DNA of 64,000 nucleotides from the IMG/VR virus record IMGVR_UViG_3300028364_000013; one strand, written 5' to 3'. Each line of letters begins with the position of its first letter. The first letter of the stretch is position 1. The notes beneath the pieces were generated by a model. It did not search any database. It saw nothing but the letters and a program-made list of their open reading frames with translations, and was not told the DNA's origin. Source of the DNA: a virus. Its lineage: Duplodnaviria > Caudoviricetes. Below, in pieces: positions 39,813 through 48,882 of this stretch. Both the position numbers and the translations under genes were made by a program.

Positions 39813-39836
39813 AGCTGCCCAAATTAAAGGGCAGCT
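39813..39836 (-). terminator. Terminator hairpin
   Basis: AGCTGCCC-N8-GGGCAGCT followed by a U-run on the minus strand. Confidence 0.7.
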
Positions 39837-39858
39837 GACTATATTATATTTATATTTT

Positions 39859-40347
39859 TTAAGAATTCATAAAACCTTTATACACTTTAGCTGGGTTGCT
39901 GTTTCCAACTGTGGCGTTAAAACCTGTTACCGCTTTTTTAAACACTGGACTTCCAGACTTAGCGCCATCCCTCATAACGTCAAGGTTAGCTGTTTTTTGG
40001 TAAATATTAAAAGCTTCCTTGTCGTCTTTGTGAGACATGATATTGTCTCTATGAGCAATAACTCTATCTAAAGAATTAGTGTCTGCTCTATTTTCTGAAT
40101 CTCCAAACATTCTGAAGAAAGAAATAAAGTAAGGAATTCCAAATGGCAAAAGAAAACCTAAAGTCATGCCAATACCATTATCTTCAAGTACTGATTGGAT
40201 AACCTTTGGGTCAATAGCTCCGAATATAAAATAAATCATTAAATTATATCCAATAAAAGCAATTATTGTAAGATTAAAAGGAATTACATAAAACCAGTAC
40301 ATAAGCACTTTAGCAATTGTAAGTAATATATTTTTAATAGTATTCAT
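39859..40347 (-). CDS. Hypothetical membrane protein
   Basis: Two to three hydrophobic N-terminal helices; AACATT/CGTATA promoter upstream. Confidence 0.75.
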   Translation of the reverse strand: MNTIKNILLTIAKVLMYWFYVIPFNLTIIAFIGYNLMIYFIFGAIDPKVIQSVLEDNGIGMTLGFLLPFGIPYFISFFRMFGDSENRADTNSLDRVIAHRDNIMSHKDDKEAFNIYQKTANLDVMRDGAKSGSPVFKKAVTGFNATVGNSNPAKVYKGFMNS

Positions 40348-40376
40348 AACATTTTTAATTATTGGTTCTATATTCT

Positions 40377-40401
40377 TATACGATAAAACTTTAAAAATGT
40401 T
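40377..40401 (-). promoter_or_regulatory. ECF-like promoter AACATT-N13-CGTATA (copy 4)
   Basis: Plus strand TATACG 40377-40382 and AATGTT 40396-40401. Confidence 0.65.
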
Positions 40402-41908
40402 CTAAATTTTGTGAAATAATTTCACGAACAGCCTCTTGAAGGGTTCTTGCTTTCTTTTTTACTGGGTTTGTTTTATTTGACGCAGCAGAGCTTGCGCCTG
40501 GTACAACAGGTTGATTTTCATCTTCAATTCCTAAAAACCTCTTAATTCCAGACTTAGCCATATTTTTCACCTCATCATTAGAAACATCATGAATTCCATC
40601 CTTCTTCCTAACCTTAAGAACCATAGTGTCTACGAAGTTTTTAAGCATAGATTCAATACGAAACATTGAGCCGTCAAGATTTTGGTCTAATACAGACTTT
40701 TCTTTTTCTTTTGATGCTGGTCCTATTAAATTTGAAAGATATGGATATTTAGCTGGAGCGCCATCTAACACGTTATTTTTAAGAGCAGACTTAAGAGTTG
40801 TAAGGTCTGCTCTTAATATTTTATTCTCAAGATTTTTTACAGTATCCTTATACCCTTTTAGTTGGTCATTGTTTGTAAAGTTAAAAAATACTTTACCTAA
40901 ATTATTTTTATATTGACCTCTCTTTCCTTTTATGGCAATAGGTTGTCCTGGAATATCTTTGATTCCGAACAAAGGAGCTTTAATCAGCTCAAAACTCTCT
41001 TGGTGAGCAGCAAGCTCTTCTGGAGACATTTCTTTTTCTCCACCAGCCGTAACAACCTCTGGCTCATAAGAAGTGTTTTCATCAACCACAACTTTTATTA
41101 CAGAAGATGTAAAATCAAGCTTAAACTTTTCTTTAAATAAAACTGGTATCTGTGTGTTACTAAAAACAGTATTGCTTACAAACTCTCCTTTTGTATTACC
41201 TCTCAAATAAGGCCACTTAACAGCAAGCTTAAACACCTCTTTTGTTATTCCATTTTTAACTTGGAATTGGAAAATAGAATTTTTATCATCCAACCTCTTT
41301 ATGACAGCTATTTCATGAACAGTTCCATCTTTTAATTGAATGGTGATTTTACTGCCTGGCAGCACTCTAATAATGTTAAATTCGAACTTATTCTGATTGA
41401 ATATTTTCATGTTTTTTTGCCCAAGAATTGTTTCAGACTCCTTAGTTGTCCCGTCTACAAAAGCAAATGGCGTAGTTAACCACTCAGCTCCTGGTCCAAA
41501 TTGACCAACAAACGAATCTCCAGCAAACTTACCTCTAATGAATTTTCCACCTCTAAAGTTTCCAGATTCAAAAAGACAATTCTTAACAGAAGTTATTGCT
41601 CTACTACTTCCTTTTCCCTCTATTTGGATTGCGTCCGCCTTAAAAGTAGAATTAGATAACCAATTTATGTTTTTGTTTGACCAGTCCAACTTAGTCCATG
41701 CACCATAATTAGGCAAAGGGTTGGCAATCATACTTTTTGTATTAGGGAAAATAATTTTATGGTCAGGAGATATTACAATCACATCATCATGATATAAAGC
41801 CTCAGATGAACCCGTTTCTTTTTTCTTAAAAGGGTTACTAAAAACCTCTTCAAACGCTTGATTTGCGCTCTCTCTTAAATTTTGTAGTTTATTTGATTGT
41901 TCTTCCAT
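40391..41908 (-). CDS. Hypothetical probable virion protein (505 aa)
   Basis: TATTTATT upstream; Glu-rich ends (LRESANQAFEEVF; LQEAVREIISQ); FxxGxF repeats. Confidence 0.75.
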   Translation of the reverse strand: MEEQSNKLQNLRESANQAFEEVFSNPFKKKETGSSEALYHDDVIVISPDHKIIFPNTKSMIANPLPNYGAWTKLDWSNKNINWLSNSTFKADAIQIEGKGSSRAITSVKNCLFESGNFRGGKFIRGKFAGDSFVGQFGPGAEWLTTPFAFVDGTTKESETILGQKNMKIFNQNKFEFNIIRVLPGSKITIQLKDGTVHEIAVIKRLDDKNSIFQFQVKNGITKEVFKLAVKWPYLRGNTKGEFVSNTVFSNTQIPVLFKEKFKLDFTSSVIKVVVDENTSYEPEVVTAGGEKEMSPEELAAHQESFELIKAPLFGIKDIPGQPIAIKGKRGQYKNNLGKVFFNFTNNDQLKGYKDTVKNLENKILRADLTTLKSALKNNVLDGAPAKYPYLSNLIGPASKEKEKSVLDQNLDGSMFRIESMLKNFVDTMVLKVRKKDGIHDVSNDEVKNMAKSGIKRFLGIEDENQPVVPGASSAASNKTNPVKKKARTLQEAVREIISQNLEHF

Positions 41909-41963
41909 TTCAAAGAATAGTTTAATAATAAATAGGTTATTTTTTTAAATAAACACCTAATCA

Positions 41964-43037
41964 TTATCTACTCTTTGACTTTGATTTAGCTGCTCTGTGC
42001 GCTTTTTCTTCAGCTTCTTTTTTCTTAGTAAGCTCTTCGTTAATTCTATTTAGCAACCATCGCCTTTCTGTAACTGGCATTTTCTTTGCACTCTCATGAC
42101 TAATTCCTTTTCCATAATATGAAACAAGAAAACACTCTTCTTGAACGTTTTCTCTAAATGTTGGCGGAAATGCAAGGAAGCTATGTGTTCCCCCAAAGTT
42201 TATCGCATTCTCTTTACCGCAAGAACCACACCTATGCTTAATAACAGTGTCTACTCCTGGAGTTGCTTTTTCAACAAACTTCTTAACTCTCCTTATTTGA
42301 GGAATAGTAAGCTTTCTGCACACTTGAGATATAACCATTTTGTCTTCGCAGTCATTTATTGAATGTGTCATGTAAATTAACTTATCCAAACTACTTAGAT
42401 TTGCTTTTTCCATCCCAACTTCTTCAAAGTAAGTAAGCGGCTTAAACATAAATATAAGCTCAGTGTCAGCCAGCAACATTGGTATTAGACCATTCTCTGG
42501 AGGAGCGACTATATCTTTCATCTGAAATGATGACAACCTAATTGGAACTTCCTCTTCAAAGCTGCAGTGATGACAATTAAGTTCAAGCTCAAGAGTGTCG
42601 CCATAAGCATATGAACGCAAGAACAACCCAATAGCTTGAACGTCTCCAGCTAATAAATCTTTTGGGTCTATATTTTGCTCCACAAGAATATTCTTAAGAA
42701 CAAACTCCATTGCCTTTCCAGACTCCACAAGGAACTCGCTGGTGAGAAGATTTTCCTCAACGTAAGTCAATTGATTTAAAAGAAGGTGGTTTTCTTTGCT
42801 TGGATAAAAAAGGCCTCTTGAGGGTATGAATAACATCTCAAAAGGCCTCTCTATATTTTTGTCTTTTTTCTCTTGTTGAATTAGAGCTGAAAGATTTCTT
42901 ACTTCATCTGTGTTCTCACTAAACTTTTGCTTCAGTTCATCAAGAGAAACTAAAATGTTAGTATCCTTATTTTTTTCTACAACCTCTTTTAAATCATCAA
43001 TTGACTTTATTACCTTATCTTGATGATTCTCTGACAT
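41964..43037 (-). CDS. T4 gp26-like baseplate/tail assembly protein, paralogue B with C-terminal extension
   Basis: IPSRGLFYP, LTYVEENLL, CxxC...CxxC; extension EECFLVSYYGKGISHESAKKMPVTERRWLL. Confidence 0.7.
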   Translation of the reverse strand: MSENHQDKVIKSIDDLKEVVEKNKDTNILVSLDELKQKFSENTDEVRNLSALIQQEKKDKNIERPFEMLFIPSRGLFYPSKENHLLLNQLTYVEENLLTSEFLVESGKAMEFVLKNILVEQNIDPKDLLAGDVQAIGLFLRSYAYGDTLELELNCHHCSFEEEVPIRLSSFQMKDIVAPPENGLIPMLLADTELIFMFKPLTYFEEVGMEKANLSSLDKLIYMTHSINDCEDKMVISQVCRKLTIPQIRRVKKFVEKATPGVDTVIKHRCGSCGKENAINFGGTHSFLAFPPTFRENVQEECFLVSYYGKGISHESAKKMPVTERRWLLNRINEELTKKKEAEEKAHRAAKSKSKSR

Positions 43038-43038
43038 A

Positions 43039-43968
43039 TTAATCTAAGTCTGGGTAGAACAATTTAGGAGTAATTGGAATATCTTTAATATCTAATTCTC
43101 CGCACACTGGACACTCGAACTCATAAGAAAGGTCTAATCCTGGCTCAATTCTTCTTACGTATTCTCTAAAGAATCCAGAATCCTTCATTGGCATTGCAGC
43201 GATAAACTTTTTAATATAAAGCTTATCTCTATTTCCATTTACTTCCATTATTTGCATAATGTACTTTTCAGTTACAAGCTTAGAAACTCTAATTCCACCA
43301 CTTTTTCCACCTTTTACTTCAGAAAGTTTTGCTAACCTTTTTTCATCAGTTCCAGTAAGCAATCTAAATCTTATTCTCATTTTCATAAGAGGAAGTTCTA
43401 CTTCGTATTCTCCATCTGAGTCTGGCATAATCTCAAGAGGCTTTGATTTAAGCTTAGAAAGATTAATTGTTGGCTCATGCACTTGTCCACAAGAAGGGCA
43501 AGTAATTTCTCCTGGAACATAATCGTTTCCAAGTCCAGTCTTTCTTATTTCAACAAGAAGAAAGTTTCTGTCACCAGAAAGCATGCTTTCAGGTCTAAGG
43601 TCTTTATCCATAACAGCTTTGTCAAGAAGTACATCTAATACTTTTCCTGACTTAATAAGGTCTGGAGAATAAAGAATATCATCTTCCTCTGCTGTAAGAT
43701 ACTTAATTGTAACTGTTTTTTTACCATTTGCATAGAATGCTCCACCTGATGGTAATTCTACCTCTTCGGTTGGAACTTGAAATTCCATGTCAAGATATTC
43801 ATCTGGGATATTGTGCTCCTTAGCAACTTCTTGCTTTTTTTCAATTGGAGCTTGCTCGTTTTGATTTGTTGGAATGTTTGTTCCAGCAGTTTCTCTTCCT
43901 GGAATTTCTTTCCCTGAAGGTTGTGTGTTGGAGTTAGTTCCTCCTAATCTTATTTGGTCATCGGCCAT
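43039..43968 (-). CDS. T4 gp26-like baseplate/tail assembly protein, paralogue A
   Basis: VELPSGGAFY, YLTAEEDDIL, CPSCG, IRFRLLTGTDE, FECPVCG, PITPKLFYP. Confidence 0.75.
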   Translation of the reverse strand: MADDQIRLGGTNSNTQPSGKEIPGRETAGTNIPTNQNEQAPIEKKQEVAKEHNIPDEYLDMEFQVPTEEVELPSGGAFYANGKKTVTIKYLTAEEDDILYSPDLIKSGKVLDVLLDKAVMDKDLRPESMLSGDRNFLLVEIRKTGLGNDYVPGEITCPSCGQVHEPTINLSKLKSKPLEIMPDSDGEYEVELPLMKMRIRFRLLTGTDEKRLAKLSEVKGGKSGGIRVSKLVTEKYIMQIMEVNGNRDKLYIKKFIAAMPMKDSGFFREYVRRIEPGLDLSYEFECPVCGELDIKDIPITPKLFYPDLD

Positions 43969-44048
43969 TACTTATCAGTTTTATGATTTCTAATAAATAA
44001 TAAGCAATAAAAAAGTTAAACTAAATAAAAAATTATTTTTTGTTTCTC

Positions 44049-44408
44049 TTAGATTTGAGGGCTCGTTTGTGACTGACCATCAGTTTGAGTTTGTATCTGA
44101 CTTTGCATTTGAGAAAACTTGACAGCATTTATTTCTGACTGCTTAGACATATCAAGCTCTTTCTTTTTCATTTCAAGCCTATCTTTTACAACTTTAGCCT
44201 GAGCAACTCTCGCATCTCTCTCGTCTCTTGGTAATCCAGAAACTCTTGAGTCAGCTTCTCTATATTTAAGTTCAATCTCAAGGTCTTTAATATATTCCTC
44301 ATCAGATTTAATCATATCCTGACTTAGTTGCATTGGGTCTTCTTCCCCTATTTCCATCATAACCTTGTAGACTTCCTCTTTGATTATTTCTCTTAGTTGC
44401 TTATTCAT
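44049..44408 (-). CDS. Hypothetical coiled-coil protein with Glu-rich leader
   Basis: MNKQLREIIKEEVYKVMMEIGEE. Confidence 0.75.
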   Translation of the reverse strand: MNKQLREIIKEEVYKVMMEIGEEDPMQLSQDMIKSDEEYIKDLEIELKYREADSRVSGLPRDERDARVAQAKVVKDRLEMKKKELDMSKQSEINAVKFSQMQSQIQTQTDGQSQTSPQI

Positions 44409-44880
44409 CTTTCAATAATTTTTTAAATCTCTTCCTTTGTGTTTTGTAATCATTATTAAGGTCATGCTCCCACACTCTCTCAATACTAAAACCATTTCCC
44501 TTTGCAAGTACGTCTTTAAACTTGTCGTTCTTTACGTTTCTAATTTGCATTTTATTCAAATCCTTTGACTCGTATATTAATGGGTTTGCGTGATAATAAT
44601 CCCCATCAACCTCAACCATCATATTCTTTGATGGTATGTAAAAGTCATATATCTTGTTTCCAAGAACTTTTTGTGTTTCAAATTTAATGTCAAGCTCTTC
44701 CATCATATCAGAAAAAATTCTCTCAGGAGCCGTCATTTTATTTGCCATTTTCTTGGCTTGTGACTCCAGTTTCTTTTTTTTCATCAACTTAGCAGCTTCA
44801 GGGCTTGCTTCCCTTCTGGCTTTTGCCATCGCCTTCTTGACCATTTGAGCATATGTCAACTTCTTTCTTTTCTTAGCCAT
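44401..44880 (-). CDS. DUF559/Vsr-like PD-(D/E)XK nuclease with basic N-terminus
   Basis: IYDFYIPSKNMMVEVDGDYYH, RVWEHD. Confidence 0.78.
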   Translation of the reverse strand: MAKKRKKLTYAQMVKKAMAKARREASPEAAKLMKKKKLESQAKKMANKMTAPERIFSDMMEELDIKFETQKVLGNKIYDFYIPSKNMMVEVDGDYYHANPLIYESKDLNKMQIRNVKNDKFKDVLAKGNGFSIERVWEHDLNNDYKTQRKRFKKLLKDE

Positions 44881-45674
44881 TAAGCAAATCCTAATTTAGG
44901 AAGTATATTGCCTATATTTGCAAGACTAAACTCTCCAAGCTCTGCGCCTTTTGCTCCTGTTAAAATACCTGGGTGCGCCAATCCGCCTGCGAACATAATA
45001 GCAACTCCTCCCATGAAAATACCATTTGCAGCCTTGTGAATTTGCGCCTTGTCAGCATTAGGCATAAATGGAGCAATAGCCTTTTCTATAATAGCAATAT
45101 ACTTGTGATGTATTTTTTCTCCAGCCTTTGCTGTTTTTCCACCCCACTTCTGAAGCCACTGTGAATTCATTTTCTTCCCTGTCCATTCTGCAGCTTTTCC
45201 GCCATACTTTAAGATAGCTGGAACTGCCATAGCTAAACCAAGAATACCACCTTCATTTAGGTCTTCTTCATTTAACCCTTCTCCTATTGCTCCCATGAAC
45301 ATAGACTCATTGAATGTTATTTCACTAATCATTCCTTCTTGAATTGGTTGAGCCCCAGTTTGTGCTGGCTGCGCTTGAGCATTGTTGTCATAAACGCCTG
45401 GAGCATCCAATGCACCATCCTTATCTCCTCCAGATTTTGCAAACTTAGCAAGAACAGAAGGAAGACCTTGTACTAACTTAGCCATTGCCTGGTCCATAGT
45501 TGCATCAATGTTTTGACCTATCTTTTGGTCTCTCTGTGGGTCTACAGCAGGTTTTTGAGCTTGCGCAGGCGCAGCGGGTGCTGCAGGAGCAACCTGTGCT
45601 TCATTAATTTTTGATTCTAATAAAGTTTTCATTTTATTAAAAGATTCCTCTACTATTTTCTTTTTATTATTCAT
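44880..45674 (-). CDS. Hypothetical Ala/Gly-rich probable virion protein
   Basis: Start MNNKKKIVEES, 14 nt after TATTTATA; INE/IQE/LNE motifs; hydrophobic Gly-rich helices. Confidence 0.75.
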   Translation of the reverse strand: MNNKKKIVEESFNKMKTLLESKINEAQVAPAAPAAPAQAQKPAVDPQRDQKIGQNIDATMDQAMAKLVQGLPSVLAKFAKSGGDKDGALDAPGVYDNNAQAQPAQTGAQPIQEGMISEITFNESMFMGAIGEGLNEEDLNEGGILGLAMAVPAILKYGGKAAEWTGKKMNSQWLQKWGGKTAKAGEKIHHKYIAIIEKAIAPFMPNADKAQIHKAANGIFMGGVAIMFAGGLAHPGILTGAKGAELGEFSLANIGNILPKLGFA

Positions 45675-45794
45675 GCGTATAACTTTATTATAAATATGAA
45701 ATAAAAAGGTGTTCAATTACTAAAAAACGTATTTTATGCAAAAAAAAACCATATTTACATAAAAGGAACAAAACTCTTTAAACACAACAGCACA

Positions 45795-45971
45795 ATGGAA
45801 ATAATGGACACAGATTTTGATGATAATGCAAAATTAATCATAAAAGAATTGACTGAGGCTAACGAAAACTTTGAAAAAGTTATCAAAAAATTACAACAGG
45901 CCAGAAACAAATTTATAAAAAAACACGAACCCATAGAAGCCTTAAAAACAAGTATTAAAAACAAAAGCTAA
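45795..45971 (+). CDS. Small coiled-coil protein (58 aa; not in the ORF track)
   Basis: Own translation MEIMDTDFDDNAKLIIKELTEANENFEKVIKKLQQARNKF...; stop overlaps next ATG (TAATG). Confidence 0.6.
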   Translation: MEIMDTDFDDNAKLIIKELTEANENFEKVIKKLQQARNKFIKKHEPIEALKTSIKNKS

Positions 45972-46495
45972 TGAATTCTGATGAAAATAAAGACATAAAA
46001 GGAAAATTAGACAGCGGACTAAATAGCCCAAAAAGCCTGAAAGCTTTAACTGAAAAACTAAACAACAGAGATAAAGATTTAGAAGAAGAAAGAGAAGTTT
46101 ATAAATTCTTAGCAGAAAATTCTAACGATGGCTATTGGGACTGGAAAATGGATAAAGACATACCTTTTGAAGAGCAATATGAATATATGTCTCCAAGATT
46201 TTGGGAAATATTTGGATACTCGCCAGAAGAAAAAGAACACAAAGTTAAAGCGTGGATGGACATGATTAACAAAGAAGATGGAGAGGCTGCTGTAGAAAAT
46301 CTTAATAAGCACATAAAATCAAAAGGAAAAACGCCTTATAAACAAACAGTAAGGTACACACATAAAGACGGAAGTACGGTTTGGGTACTTTGCAAGGGAG
46401 CGGTTGTAAAATGGAACGAAGATGGTAGTGCATCAAGAATGATTGGCACTCACACTGACGTTACTGAAATAATGAATTCAAAAAACAATAAGTAA
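45971..46495 (+). CDS. Stand-alone PAS/PAC domain protein
   Basis: FLAENSNDGYWDW, YMSPRFWEIFGYSPEE, WMDMINKED, RYTHKDGSTVWVLCKG, DGSASRMIGTHTDVT. Confidence 0.9.
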   Translation: MNSDENKDIKGKLDSGLNSPKSLKALTEKLNNRDKDLEEEREVYKFLAENSNDGYWDWKMDKDIPFEEQYEYMSPRFWEIFGYSPEEKEHKVKAWMDMINKEDGEAAVENLNKHIKSKGKTPYKQTVRYTHKDGSTVWVLCKGAVVKWNEDGSASRMIGTHTDVTEIMNSKNNK

Positions 46496-46923
46496 TGGCA
46501 GAAAAAGATGAAAACCAAGGGTGGAAAGAATGGTCTAACCACGTCCTTAAAGAACTTGAGCGTTTGAATAGCAACTATGAAAACCTTAAAGATGAAGTTA
46601 TTAAAACAAATCAAGAATTAGTTAAGACTTCTGGAATGAGGTACGCTCTTAATGAACTTAAAGAATGGAAGAAGGATGTCGAAAAAGTTGTTAATGAGAC
46701 AGACCTCAAGGAAATGAAAAAAAGTGTTGCAGAAATTAAGACAAACACAGAAAATATTGAGAAAAATAAAGGCAAAATAACAGAAGTTGACAAAGAAAAA
46801 GATGCCAACAAAAAAGACATTGATGACCTTAGAACTTTTAAAACAAAAGTAGTTACGGCTGGAGTCATTTCTTTTTTCATTCTAACTACAGCAATTACTA
46901 TTCTTGGTTGGTATCTGTCTTAG
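46495..46923 (+). CDS. Coiled-coil protein with a single C-terminal TM helix (holin/XhlA-like topology)
   Basis: Heptad-rich body; VVTAGVISFFILTTAITILGWYLS at the C-terminus. Confidence 0.65.
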   Translation: MAEKDENQGWKEWSNHVLKELERLNSNYENLKDEVIKTNQELVKTSGMRYALNELKEWKKDVEKVVNETDLKEMKKSVAEIKTNTENIEKNKGKITEVDKEKDANKKDIDDLRTFKTKVVTAGVISFFILTTAITILGWYLS

Positions 46924-47380
46924 AAGCTTTTTTAGCCATACCATCAACCATTCTTATGAATTTTGTAGTATTGCGTTTTACATGAAAGAAATTGACTGTA
47001 TGGTTTTCAACCACTTCAATTAATCTTTCCCAAGCCTGTTGATTTTCTACAGGTTTTTTTTTGTTGTTAAGCCACCCGTTAGCTACCCATTTATCATACC
47101 ACCTATCCTTCAGGCAATTTATAACATAAGCACTGTCTGAGTAAAGATTTATCATTTCACTGCCTTTTCCATTCAGAGCCTCAAACGCTTGAGCTACAGC
47201 AATTATTTCCATTTCTTGATTTGTTGTTCCTGCAACGTGCCCAGAACCTTGAAGTGTTATCTCCATATTTTTGCCTGGTTCATTTTCTAAAATTAGAAAA
47301 GCCCATCCACCTTTTCCTTCTGCAGTTCCATCTTCTTGCCTGTTATTGTCTTTGCAGGCTCCATCTGTGTATATATTCAT
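46898..47380 (-). CDS. rnhA: Ribonuclease HI
   Basis: IYTDGAC, TTNQEME, LYSDSAYV, W..NGW, PVENQQAW, FFHVK. Confidence 0.92.
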   Translation of the reverse strand: MNIYTDGACKDNNRQEDGTAEGKGGWAFLILENEPGKNMEITLQGSGHVAGTTNQEMEIIAVAQAFEALNGKGSEMINLYSDSAYVINCLKDRWYDKWVANGWLNNKKKPVENQQAWERLIEVVENHTVNFFHVKRNTTKFIRMVDGMAKKASKTDTNQE

Positions 47381-47763
47381 TTTCTGTATTTTTCAAAAGG
47401 TTTAACTGGTTTTAAATCTTCTCCTATCGTTTTCGCCTTTACATTCTTAACAGCTGGCAATTTTATTTCTGACCAATCAATTGGCTTATGCTCCAATTTA
47501 GGCATCTCTACAAAAACACCATCTTTAAGCTCATAATCGTTTCCGCCAATTACCCAACAGCTTTCATAATCAGTTGCCTGAACCCCGCTCTTAGTTACAT
47601 ATTTTAAAAACCAACCATGAACAAAATCATGACCTGAGCCAATTTCATACAAATCCTCTCCTTTAAATTTAAAGTCAGATTTTTTGTCTTCTGTAAGATT
47701 TGAAATTGTTTCTTCTAACTCTTTTTTTAAATCTTCTCCTGTTACATGAACAAGTTCGAACAA
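47377..47763 (-). CDS. Hypothetical protein (128 aa)
   Basis: ORF with TTG start; an ATG at 47780 would be in frame with one more A in the A7 run. Confidence 0.65.
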   Translation of the reverse strand: MFELVHVTGEDLKKELEETISNLTEDKKSDFKFKGEDLYEIGSGHDFVHGWFLKYVTKSGVQATDYESCWVIGGNDYELKDGVFVEMPKLEHKPIDWSEIKLPAVKNVKAKTIGEDLKPVKPFEKYRK

Positions 47764-47785
47764 ACCCTTTTTTTACTCATCTTAT

Positions 47786-48388
47786 TTATCTATTTGATGG
47801 TACATAATTTTCATTTATAGTACCATCGTCATTTAACTTACAATGCACTACTCCGTGGCAATTTGAACAAAGTAAAATACATTTATTTAATTCAGGCAAT
47901 AAATTAATCCAAGATTTTTTTCTCATCTTATTCCAATTCATTTCTTTTTCTTCTGGCTTTTCGTGGTGAAATTCAAAACTTGCATAATGTCCTTTAAACC
48001 CACAATCTACACAACGCCCACCCAAATGCTCTATTGCCCTTTTTTTAAAAACCCTTGCTCTTTCAATATCGTGCTTTCCACTACAGTCTCTACATCTACC
48101 ATAGACTTTCAAACTATTGGGTGAAAAATCATCCTTTATTCTATATGTCTCACAATCATAACACCATTGATGCTCATCTGGACATTCTCCTCTTTTTTCT
48201 AAATTTTCTCTATACTCTAAAATCTTCTTAGCGTGCTCTGGATTTTCCTTTTTAATTCTATTTAATCTCCTCTCTTTCTCTGCTAATCTAAAACACACTT
48301 TACAATCCAACCTCCAACTTCTATTATGCTTATGATACTCTTCTAAATCCTTTACCTCATTACAAGTTCTGCATTTTCTTTCTTCCAT
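47786..48388 (-). mobile_element. HNH endonuclease with Zn-ribbon repeats (probable homing endonuclease)
   Basis: CRTC..CKVC, CYDC..CRDC, GGRCVDCG...FEFHH...CILLCSNCHGVVH. Confidence 0.78.
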
Positions 48389-48444
48389 TTTTTATTTATA
48401 AATAGAAAGAAATATGTTTTACCATAGTTTGTTTGATAACAGGC

Positions 48445-48882
48445 TTATTCACCCTTTTCTAAAAATGATATATCAAGAGTCCATTTTTTCTTACTTCTTT
48501 CTTCCCAAATATTAAACACTTCCTCAATATAATCATCTGCCTGCTTATCAGTTAAACAATTTATTTTCATCATATGTGCTTTAATTTCTTTTTCTTTTCC
48601 AGAAATTCTTGCATATCCAAAATGCTTTGTAGAATGACAATTTGGACAAAGCGCAATTAATCCCTTAAGAGTCTGCTCACAAGACTCATCATCATAATTC
48701 CAAATTTCGTGACACTCCACGGGATGCTTCGGGCCCTTACCGCTGCAAACTTCACATTTATATTCTGCTTTCTTATAGCAGTCTTTTCTAAGGACATCCC
48801 ACTCTGCTTGTGATACATTGGAGCGCACGTTATTATAAAAAGAAGATGCAGGCACAAGTTCTATAGTTAAAATCATAATCAA
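48445..48882 (-). CDS. HNH-like endonuclease
   Basis: CEVCSG...VECHEIWNYD...LIALCPNCHSTKHFG. Confidence 0.78.
   Translation of the reverse strand: MIMILTIELVPASSFYNNVRSNVSQAEWDVLRKDCYKKAEYKCEVCSGKGPKHPVECHEIWNYDDESCEQTLKGLIALCPNCHSTKHFGYARISGKEKEIKAHMMKINCLTDKQADDYIEEVFNIWEERSKKKWTLDISFLEKGE

Noticed and set aside
45755-45964. Minus-strand 69-aa ORF in the track
   Set aside because: The plus-strand 58-aa ORF 45795-45971 is coupled to the PAS gene and is the better call
47761-47780. Programmed frameshift at the start of ORF 47377
   Set aside because: More simply a homopolymer indel or a TTG start; no downstream stimulatory structure recognised
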